Shown piece by piece: positions 36,977-46,613 of a stretch of DNA of 64,000 nucleotides. The notes below the pieces were generated by a model. It was not told where the DNA came from. It made no database searches and saw nothing but the letters and a program-made list of their open reading frames with translations. Each line of letters starts with the position of its first letter. Within the stretch, counting starts at the first letter, position 1. A program made the translations under genes and the position numbers. Source of the DNA: a virus (lineage: Duplodnaviria; Caudoviricetes); IMG/VR virus record IMGVR_UViG_3300046710_000146, positions 49,863 to 113,862 of that record; one strand, given 5' to 3'.

Positions 36977-39489
36977 TATGCAGCCTCCGCCACGGTTAGC
37001 TGCAGGGTTCCAGAGGTGTTAGCTCCAGAGAATGCTAAGTCAGAGATGAATATGTACGAACCAACTGGGTCAAATACTCCAGCCGCGTTCACAATCGTGA
37101 AGTTCTGGAACACATTGTTCGTGTCAGATCGCCGTGTCAGCACTGAAGATCCAGTGTACAAAGCGGTGACCTTGCTGAAGTCAACAATTCCAGTACCAAT
37201 CGCATGGAACCGTTCGAACGCGGTGAAGGTGATCACCCGGGCTGTGAAGCCGCCGACGATGTATGAAGCCCCTGAGGTGATTGTCGTACCAGTGACACCA
37301 GCCAATCCCGTTAGAGACATGGCACTGAAAGACTGCGTAGCCTTTGGATTGGTGTCAACAATTCGAAGTACCCGTGTCCAAGTGGTTCCAGCACCAGTCC
37401 AACTACCTTGCCATGTACCTGATGAGGCTGACAGAGTTGGTGCTGATGCTAGCAGTTGATCAGTGGTGAGTATGATTGTGTAATCGACACCAGCGGGCGA
37501 TGAGAACAACCGGGCTGGTGAACCAACAATTGTGATTGCCGCTTGTGGTGCAGCATCCGCAATTGTGACTGCTGAAGACGCGGTGCTTGTTGCATTGTTC
37601 GATGCCTTATTCGCGGTGATCGTGTAGTTCTGGGCGTTGTACGAGTATGAACCACCTGTACGGGTAACAACCTTAGCGGAGCTGTATATTCCCGGATTGA
37701 ACACCGACATATTCAGCGCGGTGTACAACACGGTGTCAAAGTTCGAGATCGTTGATGTGATCGTTACCGCTTCAGCACCCTTGATAGCCGATTGTCCAAC
37801 TGGATAGATGATCGTGCGCGGCCCAATTGCAGGGTATGTTTGATTCAGTGTAATGTTGTTCGACGATGTAAATGGTACGCCAAAGGTGCCAAGCACCGTC
37901 TTACCACGTGCTTGAACAGTCTGTACCCCTGTGCCATTTCCAATCGACAACACGGCGTACAGCGTCCGATATCCAACCCCACCAGAATCCAGTGCACCAA
38001 GAGTCATTGGCACCAATACTCCGGCTGCGCCACCAGCCATAATCTCAGCGTACACCGCGGCATTTTGAATCGCGCCGGTCACAACCACTGTGTCACCGGC
38101 CTTGACTTCAGTCTGTGATCCTGGAAGTGTACCAATGATCAACGAACTCAGGGTTGGACCCACTGCAGCACGTTGAATGAGCAGCGTCGCGGTTGCACCA
38201 GCGCTCGAAACAGCGGTAACCGTGGTATTCGCAGTTATCCCTACGAGCGGGGCGGTGCCATAGTATGAGCGCTTGTGAGCAGGATCTTCAGTGACGGAGG
38301 CGATGACCGGCCCACCCGCTTGTGCAGGTACCGTTGTGATCGTAATTGTTGGTGAAAAGAATGCAGAGTCCCCTTCAGCAAATACCGTCACCGTCACCGA
38401 ATCTGTATCAGTTGTCGCTTGGTAGATCACCTTGTTTGCCGGCGTTGTGCCGGAAACATAGAGCTTATCACCAACATTTCCGGTCGAGGTTGCACTAACG
38501 TCCGTGAAGAACAGCCCAGGAGCGCTTCCACCACCGCCCGTGCTTGCAGTTACCCAAGAGACCACGGTTCCATTTGTGCTGAGCACCTTGCCAGTTTGCC
38601 CAGTCTGATCTGGGACAAGTGCATTGATCGCAGCGCTTGCAGTAGTTTCACCAGTACCACCCTTGGAGAGTGGAACGATGTTCAGCTCAAGCGCAATTGT
38701 ACCTGCCGCCGTGATTGGCGAGCCGGTTACCGTCAGGTCATCAGAGGTAACTGCAACTGAGGTTACTGAGCCGCCGCCACCTGCACCACCGCCCGTGATG
38801 AAGGTGTCAATTGCAGCCAGCACCGACTGAACATCGGTCCCAGGAAGATTCGTAAGTGCCGCAACGCTGATTTGGCTGGCGGCGTGCTTAATGCCACTAA
38901 CGGCGATATGCGATGTGAACGCGTTATAAAACGTAGCAAAATCAATGCCACCAACATTCAGGGTCCGAATGATGGTGTCACCAAGCGCGTCAATGACGAA
39001 GACCGGTAGCCCACCATTTTGATTCTGGATCTTGACCAGATCAGACGTCATCATGACACCAGGCATCGGCTCAATCAACAGGCTTGAGATCGTACCAGCC
39101 GGTGCGCTAATTGAGATCTGATCAACGTTGCTGATCGTGCCTTCAATGACGCTCGACGACCCAAGAACCTCGAGGTCACCAGTGATCGTGACCTTACCGG
39201 TTGCGGCGTTGAACTGGAAGGCCTTCGAGTTCAACGCATTGAACACCAGATCTCGGCCACTGGTCAGGTTAATTGTGGCTGGGAATCCGCTGTTGTTGTA
39301 CGCGCCTTGCAGCGAAAGTGACAACGATGATGGTGATCCATCCGTTGTGGATCCATCGGCAAACATCAGCGGTTTGCCGCCTACCGTGAAAGTTGGCCCG
39401 ATGGCGCCGCCAATGTCTACAATTGCAAACTCTGGGAGCCTCCCTAGTTCGCCGCTAACGGTGTTTAGGTAAACAAGTTTGAAGGTCAT
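36976..39489 (-). CDS. tail fibre-like protein (837 aa)
   Basis: GSVTSV, GGTG.T, GKVL.TNG...SW fibre motifs, beta-rich C-terminus. Confidence 0.7.
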   Translation of the reverse strand: MTFKLVYLNTVSGELGRLPEFAIVDIGGAIGPTFTVGGKPLMFADGSTTDGSPSSLSLSLQGAYNNSGFPATINLTSGRDLVFNALNSKAFQFNAATGKVTITGDLEVLGSSSVIEGTISNVDQISISAPAGTISSLLIEPMPGVMMTSDLVKIQNQNGGLPVFVIDALGDTIIRTLNVGGIDFATFYNAFTSHIAVSGIKHAASQISVAALTNLPGTDVQSVLAAIDTFITGGGAGGGGSVTSVAVTSDDLTVTGSPITAAGTIALELNIVPLSKGGTGETTASAAINALVPDQTGQTGKVLSTNGTVVSWVTASTGGGGSAPGLFFTDVSATSTGNVGDKLYVSGTTPANKVIYQATTDTDSVTVTVFAEGDSAFFSPTITITTVPAQAGGPVIASVTEDPAHKRSYYGTAPLVGITANTTVTAVSSAGATATLLIQRAAVGPTLSSLIIGTLPGSQTEVKAGDTVVVTGAIQNAAVYAEIMAGGAAGVLVPMTLGALDSGGVGYRTLYAVLSIGNGTGVQTVQARGKTVLGTFGVPFTSSNNITLNQTYPAIGPRTIIYPVGQSAIKGAEAVTITSTISNFDTVLYTALNMSVFNPGIYSSAKVVTRTGGSYSYNAQNYTITANKASNNATSTASSAVTIADAAPQAAITIVGSPARLFSSPAGVDYTIILTTDQLLASAPTLSASSGTWQGSWTGAGTTWTRVLRIVDTNPKATQSFSAMSLTGLAGVTGTTITSGASYIVGGFTARVITFTAFERFHAIGTGIVDFSKVTALYTGSSVLTRRSDTNNVFQNFTIVNAAGVFDPVGSYIFISDLAFSGANTSGTLQLTVAEAA

Positions 39490-41132
39490 GGTCGCACCCC
39501 AATCGTCGCAGTCGCTGAGTTATCAGCAAGCGTGCTGTCGGTTTCTGGAGAGCTCACGGTGCCTTCGAGCTGCATGCTGGTTACGTTTGCGTTCACCTGT
39601 GCCTGCAGGGTGATCACGGTATTTCCACCTGATAGAATGTTCGTCAGGGGCAGGGTGATGGTTGTTCTACCACCAACGTAAGAAACGTTGGTGCCAGTTG
39701 GCACTGAGGTCATGGTGATCTGCGAGTTGTTGTTCGCACGAAGCTTCAGCGTGCGCAGCACATTCGTTGCGTTTGCCAGGCCATCATTCGTCACGATGAC
39801 TTGGAAGTTGAAGACTTGCCCACCGGTAACTTGACCAGGAACACCAAATGATAAGCCAAGGTTCGTGAACGTCACGCCTTGAGTTGGGAGGCTAACCACA
39901 ATGTACCCGACTTTGATCTCATCATCTTGCCCAAAGCTATTGATGGCACGCTGACGAACAGTGTATGTTCCAGGCGTCGCATATGTGTATGTTGCAGTCG
40001 AACCAGTCGCATCAACGAATGAATCATTTATGAAGTCCCACTCGATGTTCGTTGCATATACGCTGGTCGAGGTGAAGTTCACGGTCAACGGAGCAATACC
40101 AGTCGTGGGTGTTGCGGTGAAGTTCGCAATTGGGCGGGTCAGCGGTGGTGGTTCAGGTGGTGGAATGAGGTCATCGGGGTTGTCAAGCACAATCACCTGG
40201 TGTATGTTCATCAAGATTGAATCGACGTCATACACGTACCCAATTTGCTGCAGTGCTCCCTGTTGTGGCGGAATTAGTGTGACCTCACCAGCCGCACCAC
40301 AGAACAGCGGCTTGTTGATCTTATCAACTGGCCATGACCAAACGGTTGATCGTACAATACCAGAGGTGATCAACTTACCGACGTCGCTCTCATATAGATC
40401 CTCAACAACCAATCCTGAAACCCGTGACCGATAGTCGGTCGAGCGAGCAAGAACAGACCTAAACCCAGCACGAATCTGCACCAAGCTGTTCTTTGGAATC
40501 TCTTCCAGCGCCATAACGTATGTGATCGTGCTCTCAAGACGAGAGGTGACGGTACCAAGGTTAATTGCGCCGAAGCGTGTAACTGATGTGACAAACGCGC
40601 CGTTTGATTCACGAAGCGGCTTGTTGAAGCTGTCAAGGACAATGTTGCCGCCTTCGCAGTCACCAACCAAACCAGCCTGTGATCCGATCTTTGCTGGCCG
40701 GACAATTGCACCTGAGGTAACATAACCAGCAAATAGTCGAACACGTTCAGACCAGCCCTGTGCGGTCCAGACATGGAACACATTGTCGCTGGTATCAAAC
40801 CAATTTTGATCGATTGCAGGCGCCACTGGCGCAGTCGAGCTGTAAAGCGGTGGCAACAGCGTCATGCCGCGCGTCAGCGCGCCGGTCAGAAGATTGATGT
40901 CCCAGTACAGATACCGCGTCGCGGGCGTTGTAATAGGCCCCCAAGCGTTCTTGACGGTCTTTAGCTCCTCAACGATGTAGTTTGCATCGTGGTGTGCAAA
41001 GGTGAGCACACATGGATCTGGTGATACGATGAGATCAACAAAGTTCCCAGTTGCAGAACGTTGAAGGAAAGTAGGATTTCCGCTAACGTCTGTCTGGTGT
41101 CTGATGATCCCTTGTCGGAAATTTAACTTCAC
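39486..41132 (-). CDS. virion protein with PKD and DUF11-like Ig domains
   Basis: ANFTATPTTG.APLTVNF...WDF...YATPGTYTV; V.N.G...A ... D....DN. Confidence 0.8.
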   Translation of the reverse strand: MKLNFRQGIIRHQTDVSGNPTFLQRSATGNFVDLIVSPDPCVLTFAHHDANYIVEELKTVKNAWGPITTPATRYLYWDINLLTGALTRGMTLLPPLYSSTAPVAPAIDQNWFDTSDNVFHVWTAQGWSERVRLFAGYVTSGAIVRPAKIGSQAGLVGDCEGGNIVLDSFNKPLRESNGAFVTSVTRFGAINLGTVTSRLESTITYVMALEEIPKNSLVQIRAGFRSVLARSTDYRSRVSGLVVEDLYESDVGKLITSGIVRSTVWSWPVDKINKPLFCGAAGEVTLIPPQQGALQQIGYVYDVDSILMNIHQVIVLDNPDDLIPPPEPPPLTRPIANFTATPTTGIAPLTVNFTSTSVYATNIEWDFINDSFVDATGSTATYTYATPGTYTVRQRAINSFGQDDEIKVGYIVVSLPTQGVTFTNLGLSFGVPGQVTGGQVFNFQVIVTNDGLANATNVLRTLKLRANNNSQITMTSVPTGTNVSYVGGRTTITLPLTNILSGGNTVITLQAQVNANVTSMQLEGTVSSPETDSTLADNSATATIGVRP

Positions 41133-41147
41133 GCGTTATCCTCAAGT

Positions 41148-41153
41148 TATTTA
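41148..41153 (-). promoter_or_regulatory. late promoter TAAATA
   Basis: Intergenic motif copy. Confidence 0.65.
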
Positions 41154-41174
41154 GTCCTGGAGAGAACGGGCGAA

Positions 41175-41813
41175 TTAAGTCACGGTGATGGTGAGTGTAT
41201 AAACGATTGTTAGTTCACGATTTCCGGTGTGTTCAATTGGTGAGAAGATCAGGTGTGACAACATGAGCTCATCTGTCTCATTCAGAATGTCTGGGGTTCC
41301 AATGCCTTCAGTAAAGAGCCCAAGCTCATCAAAGAAGAACTGCCCTTCCGTTGGGGTTGCTGAAACGCCATCAAGACCACCACCATCAGCGGTGACCGCG
41401 TCGGCTTGGTCAGTTGGGCGATTGACCGCCTCATTTGCAGCAACAATACAGGTCACGATAACGCGGGTGCTCGTGCTCAACGGAATGTTCGTGAACGTTA
41501 CGCTGTTCCCAACACCGGTACCAGCGCCCGCATCATCAACCACTTCGTAGTACGTAGGGTTGTACAGATCAGCGGTAACACCAGCGGTGTTTGGCGGACG
41601 GAACACGATCTGTTGCGATGAATCAACATATGTTCCTTGATTACCAAGCTTTAGTTTCCAAATTTGATGATTGGGGGCATTTGATAGGCCGCGCGCGATC
41701 GCGGTTGCCATATTTCCTGGGTGAATTGCGTTCGTGTTGTTCACGAGCACGTTTCCAAGATCATCCTTTACGAGGACATGACCTAGGACTTTAGTGACGA
41801 GTGCTTCCTGCAT
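41175..41813 (-). CDS. putative baseplate-associated structural protein
   Basis: FDELGLF...HLIFSPI...R.L.I.Y motif; late promoter upstream. Confidence 0.6.
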   Translation of the reverse strand: MQEALVTKVLGHVLVKDDLGNVLVNNTNAIHPGNMATAIARGLSNAPNHQIWKLKLGNQGTYVDSSQQIVFRPPNTAGVTADLYNPTYYEVVDDAGAGTGVGNSVTFTNIPLSTSTRVIVTCIVAANEAVNRPTDQADAVTADGGGLDGVSATPTEGQFFFDELGLFTEGIGTPDILNETDELMLSHLIFSPIEHTGNRELTIVYTLTITVT

Positions 41814-41838
41814 GGAGGTTCCTTAGCTTGAATGGTTC

Positions 41839-41844
41839 TATTTA
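41839..41844 (-). promoter_or_regulatory. late promoter TAAATA
   Basis: Intergenic motif copy. Confidence 0.65.
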
Positions 41845-41849
41845 CCAAA

Positions 41850-44800
41850 TTAGACGATGATGACCTTGAGCTCAGCCGGCGCAGGTAGGTTGAACCTGAG
41901 TCTACGCGCTGATGGGCGTTCTACCACAGGAACAATTGACGGTTCTGGGTCAGTTGGTCGCCAGATCTTAACAGTTGAAAACACCGGCAACCCATTAAAT
42001 GAAACTTCGATAATGCGACCAACGGCAAGCGCCGCTAATCGTGTATCAAAGAGCTCATAGCTGATCACGGTACCTGTGCCGCTGCCAGCCGCCGTAGCCA
42101 CAAACATCGTAAGTGGATTGTTATCCGGTGCACCGAGCGTGGTATAATCGGTGCTTCCAACAGATTTAATGGTGTATCGAACGCCTGGAATGATGGTAGC
42201 GGCGCTGAACGGCACCGGCCCGCCGAATGGGGCAGGTAGGTCTTGTGGCAACCCAGACGGGAACATCACGAGCGTACTCTCGGGTGGCTCATCCAATGGG
42301 CCAATGTCATATTCAACCTGATTAAATCCGTACCCAAAGTCAACCGCCAGAATGGAGGCAGCCTCGGCGATATTCGTGCTGGCGGTTCCGGTTGAAGACG
42401 TCTCAATCTGCATGCCCATGCCAACCGCAGGAATACCAAAGCCACCAGTCGTTGGGGTCCAGTTCAGCGGGTTATTATGCAACGGCTGGGTCGGTGGGCT
42501 GGCACCGATATTCGCGACAAACTCTGTCAGCGTAGTCGTCAGGATATCACCATCGAGCCAAGGGCCTAGAACACTGAGCAGCTCATTTAACAAGGCCTGT
42601 TGCGGTGCGGTCAGAGATGAAAGTAGTGAAAGCCCCTGCGCCTGTTGGAACCAATCGGTTAGCGGCACGCCAGCGTCATAGTAACCGTCTGGGGTTTCAC
42701 TGTTCAGATCACCAACACCAGCTTCAAAGTCAAACTGCAGGTTGTCGTACCCCGGCATGAAGCCGCCGAACGGGCCATCAGCAATTGTTATACCAGCAGC
42801 TTCATTGTATGTTGAGGAGATTGATAGCGTCGTTGTATCAAGGATGTTCGCCTGCATCACGTCCGCGAACAGCACATCTTCGAGCAAACCACCACCGCTG
42901 ATCAAGAACAGAACGTCATCCGTCATATTCACGTTCACACGGTCATTCATACCTGACCCAAGTGTGACGATCATTGCCTCAGCATTCAGTGGCAGGTACT
43001 TTCTATGGAACGCCGTATCCCAACGGAAGATCACTGGCTCGGCTGGTGTTGGCCCTAGTGACAGAACTTCACCGATAGTTTCACCTGTAGCGGCGGCTCG
43101 GACCACGACGTGCGTCTGAGCGTCACTGAACTCAGCAATGGATAGGCCCTTATCATATCGGGTTTCAAGCAACGGGATCCACCCCTGGAGAACCGCAGTT
43201 TCTGGAGAAGTAACCGAGAGCGGCACCCCAGAAGTTGTGAAATGATCGACGTTCGTTAACACCTGGCCATATGCAGTCCCAACGGCTGACAGCGGCTGCA
43301 GCGCCATCGCGTGCGCTGGATCTTTCGGCTTAATTGAGATGCTCAGGGTATCGCTCTTTGAGCGTTCAAGTAGCACGAAGTCATTGGCAGTTGGTTCACG
43401 TCCTGCTGTCGTACGAACTATTGCCAGATCGTGCCCAATGGTTAGTGGCCGCTCCTGCCCACGCACGCTCAAGATGAACTCAGTCCCAATTGGGGCGGTT
43501 GGCATCGTCACGCTTAGGGTCTGGTCACCAACGATGTTAACACCATCAGCAATTAGGGCACCATTCCGGTACAAGGTCCAGTGCCCGGCAGCCTGTGACT
43601 TGATTCGATACGTGGCCGATTTTGCATCAGCCCGTAGGTAGTTCAGGGTGATCTGTCCAAAGGTGGTAATCCAAGGGGCTTCAGCCCCAAGTTGATCGCC
43701 AGACGCATTGAACAGCCAGACTTCGGCAACTGGAATCTTAAAGCCAATCTTCCCATTCCAGTACCACTCACCAACGACCGCATCAGCCTGCCAACCAGTG
43801 ACGGAACCGTGCACGAGATACGATGGCTTTCGGCTGAACGTACTGAACGTAAAGGAGTCAGTTCCCGCTAATCCTGCGGCACCGTTCACCACGGTGTAGT
43901 GAATACCAACCGCATCATTCTTGTATGAACGACCATTGTCCGTGGTATTCACGCTGATTGGAGAATCAAAGATATGCTGACCATTCAATGAACCGCCGAC
44001 ATGCGTTCCTTGAAGATCGTACTGGCTTGGCCCGGTGTATGTGAGCGTCCAGCTTGCTGGGATTGAGAAATGATAGCTGTCACCGTACATCACCAGCCGT
44101 GGAATGCGGCGGCTGGTTAGACTAGCGGGTTCAAGCTGCACTGGTGGATCATTCCGAACGGTCCACGCGATCGTATCACCACCAAAAAGCTGCTCAGCAA
44201 CTATTGGGCCTGTTGGGCTGTCGTAGCGACTTGAGTTTAAAACTGCCGCGATGAATGGTTTACCAGTCTGAACAATCGTGAACGAGAGCCCATGCGTTAG
44301 GTTTGTGTACGGGGCATTTATCGGAACGTTGTCGACTGAGACCCACGTCATTGTTACATCATTGTAGTACTCTAACTCAAATGAGGTTGCGTAGTACAGC
44401 AACAGATCAGCAACAACATCTGGGTCATTTGAGGACTGAACACCCTCTCCCGTTACAGTATTCGCCATGTCTACCTGCAGAATTGCAAGTGGATTCAGAG
44501 GATCATTGGTTGCAATTACGCTAACCTCATTGGTTCCAGTGGCAGGTGACGTGATAGGGTGCAGATTAAGCGGCATCGACAGATCAGCAACTGCACGAAG
44601 ACGCCACTGAACGTCCTGCGCTGTATTTGGGGTCAGCACTAGACCGAAGGTTGTAAGATCGTACCCAATAAAGCGGCTGTCGAAGTTAAAGTCAAGTGAC
44701 TTTAAGTAGTCGGCCAACAGGGCATTCATGTTGTTGTACACCATCGGCCCAGTTGGAACGATTATGGTTGGCTCGATCGGATTACCAAATACATCGTATT

Positions 44801-46610
44801 CTGGTGAATAGCTTGGTGAGCCAGCATCATACGAGTCGAAATCATATCCGTAATACAGATCCAGCCCTTCGGCATATGGAGGATGATTCTCAATTTCAAT
44901 GAAAAATTTATCACCGACTGTGAAGGTGTACGCTGACCCAGCAACAATTGTGAATGCCACTCGACCGTCATTGAACGCGGTGTTCACTGGAATGGTCGCG
45001 TTGTACGTTGCCTCAGCGGTCGATGTAAGATCAAAGGTGGTTGGTGATGTTGCCGTAAGCACCAACGTACCAGTTGGCAAGCCAGTATCAAGAATCGTGA
45101 CCTGATTCAGCGCGAGGGTCTGTGATCGAATGAACCCATACCGTGTTGAAGAGAACACCGGGCGGCTGTATGCCAGTGGATTTGTCTTGATCAGACTCCA
45201 GGTTTCAAGTGGTGCATCGTAGTGCACCGTGATATCGGCTCCAGGGGTCAGCACGATAGTTGTGCCAACTGGAACTGTGGCTGGGCCAGAGAAGTCAAAG
45301 CCAAGTTGTGGGCTGCTGAAGGCGCCGCTTGGTAGTGTGATCGCGCCAATTGAACCAGAGCTTGAGCCGTAAACGAGGAAGGTGTTCGCTGCCGTTGCCT
45401 TCAGCGTCCATTCTTCGTACATTACCCGAAATGGATCGCCATGGATATTTGAAACTGTGACGCCACTTTGCTTAACGTTCGCGTACTGTAACCGCCCACT
45501 TTCGCGATTGGCTACGTCGGTGTACAGATTGAAGTACAACCCTGGCGACAGCGCGGACAGAGTCTGATCAACATAGGCGTCGGCATACGGTGCGGTAATA
45601 TCCCGCCCGCGCCAACCAGCGTATCCAACAATGACAGGCGTAGCCCCAGCGATCAGCGCGTTCAACAGCCCCTCATACGAGTTCGGCAGCATTGGGGTGC
45701 TAAGAACACCTTGAATAATTGCAAGTTCAGCCGATGCATTTGCATTTGGCGTTAACAGAAGCTGCGCCTCGATCGAGCCAAGGACTGCTGCGATCTTGTT
45801 TACGGCAGAAGCTGGATTGCTAACGTCAAGGGCAAGTACCTGCACAGCGGTCGTTGCTGCAGCAAGGGTATTTTCCTTCTGACGTTCAGTAAACAGTGGA
45901 TCATAATTTAATGAATTTGACAGCCCAGTGACCTTCACTAGGCCAGGTCCCGTGACAGAGATTGATGTAAGCGAAACCTGTGTTGCTGGGCCAATGACCA
46001 CAAGTGCATCAGCGTTTGTGAATGTCATTGAAACTAGAACGGGGTACGGGCCGTCTGTTGCAGTCCATTCATGTGTATATCGCCCCACGACCGGTGGTTG
46101 AGTGTTCACCGTCTGCTTAATCTGGAACACGTATGCACCCTTGCTCAGGAAGACATCATGCCCTTCTAGCAACGGCTCATTCAGATTGATCGAACCATTT
46201 CGCTGCACGAATGCATCGCTCAGCCCCACACCCTGAATCTGCTGTGGATCAAACGCAAATGGCACCAACGGAAGATCATGGCTCTCATCACGGAAGGCCT
46301 TGAATGCCCCACGGCAGTTCAATGGATCATTGTTCCGGGTGTATCCACGGATCAGCGGGCTGACCAGCTGATGCAGTGACATTGGTTGCCCAACACCCGG
46401 CACCGACTCTGGAACGCCGCTTGAGAAGTACGTGTACGGCCATGCAGCCTTCGTCATCAGCGTGCTGAACAGCCGCTCTTCGAAGTGCACCGTCATTTCA
46501 TCGGAGAACTGATAGATCTCCTGAATCTCTGTTAGTTTTGCATGATACGGTTTTGTATCGAGAATGAACGAGGTAAGTGCACCAACGTAGATTGAGTTCT
46601 TGTTTACCAT
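41850..46610 (-). CDS. large structural protein (1586 aa), probably baseplate
   Basis: KPYHAKL N-terminal motif, repeated W.L.AT...F.V.GS beta domains. Confidence 0.65.
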   Translation of the reverse strand: MVNKNSIYVGALTSFILDTKPYHAKLTEIQEIYQFSDEMTVHFEERLFSTLMTKAAWPYTYFSSGVPESVPGVGQPMSLHQLVSPLIRGYTRNNDPLNCRGAFKAFRDESHDLPLVPFAFDPQQIQGVGLSDAFVQRNGSINLNEPLLEGHDVFLSKGAYVFQIKQTVNTQPPVVGRYTHEWTATDGPYPVLVSMTFTNADALVVIGPATQVSLTSISVTGPGLVKVTGLSNSLNYDPLFTERQKENTLAAATTAVQVLALDVSNPASAVNKIAAVLGSIEAQLLLTPNANASAELAIIQGVLSTPMLPNSYEGLLNALIAGATPVIVGYAGWRGRDITAPYADAYVDQTLSALSPGLYFNLYTDVANRESGRLQYANVKQSGVTVSNIHGDPFRVMYEEWTLKATAANTFLVYGSSSGSIGAITLPSGAFSSPQLGFDFSGPATVPVGTTIVLTPGADITVHYDAPLETWSLIKTNPLAYSRPVFSSTRYGFIRSQTLALNQVTILDTGLPTGTLVLTATSPTTFDLTSTAEATYNATIPVNTAFNDGRVAFTIVAGSAYTFTVGDKFFIEIENHPPYAEGLDLYYGYDFDSYDAGSPSYSPEYDVFGNPIEPTIIVPTGPMVYNNMNALLADYLKSLDFNFDSRFIGYDLTTFGLVLTPNTAQDVQWRLRAVADLSMPLNLHPITSPATGTNEVSVIATNDPLNPLAILQVDMANTVTGEGVQSSNDPDVVADLLLYYATSFELEYYNDVTMTWVSVDNVPINAPYTNLTHGLSFTIVQTGKPFIAAVLNSSRYDSPTGPIVAEQLFGGDTIAWTVRNDPPVQLEPASLTSRRIPRLVMYGDSYHFSIPASWTLTYTGPSQYDLQGTHVGGSLNGQHIFDSPISVNTTDNGRSYKNDAVGIHYTVVNGAAGLAGTDSFTFSTFSRKPSYLVHGSVTGWQADAVVGEWYWNGKIGFKIPVAEVWLFNASGDQLGAEAPWITTFGQITLNYLRADAKSATYRIKSQAAGHWTLYRNGALIADGVNIVGDQTLSVTMPTAPIGTEFILSVRGQERPLTIGHDLAIVRTTAGREPTANDFVLLERSKSDTLSISIKPKDPAHAMALQPLSAVGTAYGQVLTNVDHFTTSGVPLSVTSPETAVLQGWIPLLETRYDKGLSIAEFSDAQTHVVVRAAATGETIGEVLSLGPTPAEPVIFRWDTAFHRKYLPLNAEAMIVTLGSGMNDRVNVNMTDDVLFLISGGGLLEDVLFADVMQANILDTTTLSISSTYNEAAGITIADGPFGGFMPGYDNLQFDFEAGVGDLNSETPDGYYDAGVPLTDWFQQAQGLSLLSSLTAPQQALLNELLSVLGPWLDGDILTTTLTEFVANIGASPPTQPLHNNPLNWTPTTGGFGIPAVGMGMQIETSSTGTASTNIAEAASILAVDFGYGFNQVEYDIGPLDEPPESTLVMFPSGLPQDLPAPFGGPVPFSAATIIPGVRYTIKSVGSTDYTTLGAPDNNPLTMFVATAAGSGTGTVISYELFDTRLAALAVGRIIEVSFNGLPVFSTVKIWRPTDPEPSIVPVVERPSARRLRFNLPAPAELKVIIV

Positions 46611-46613
46611 TGT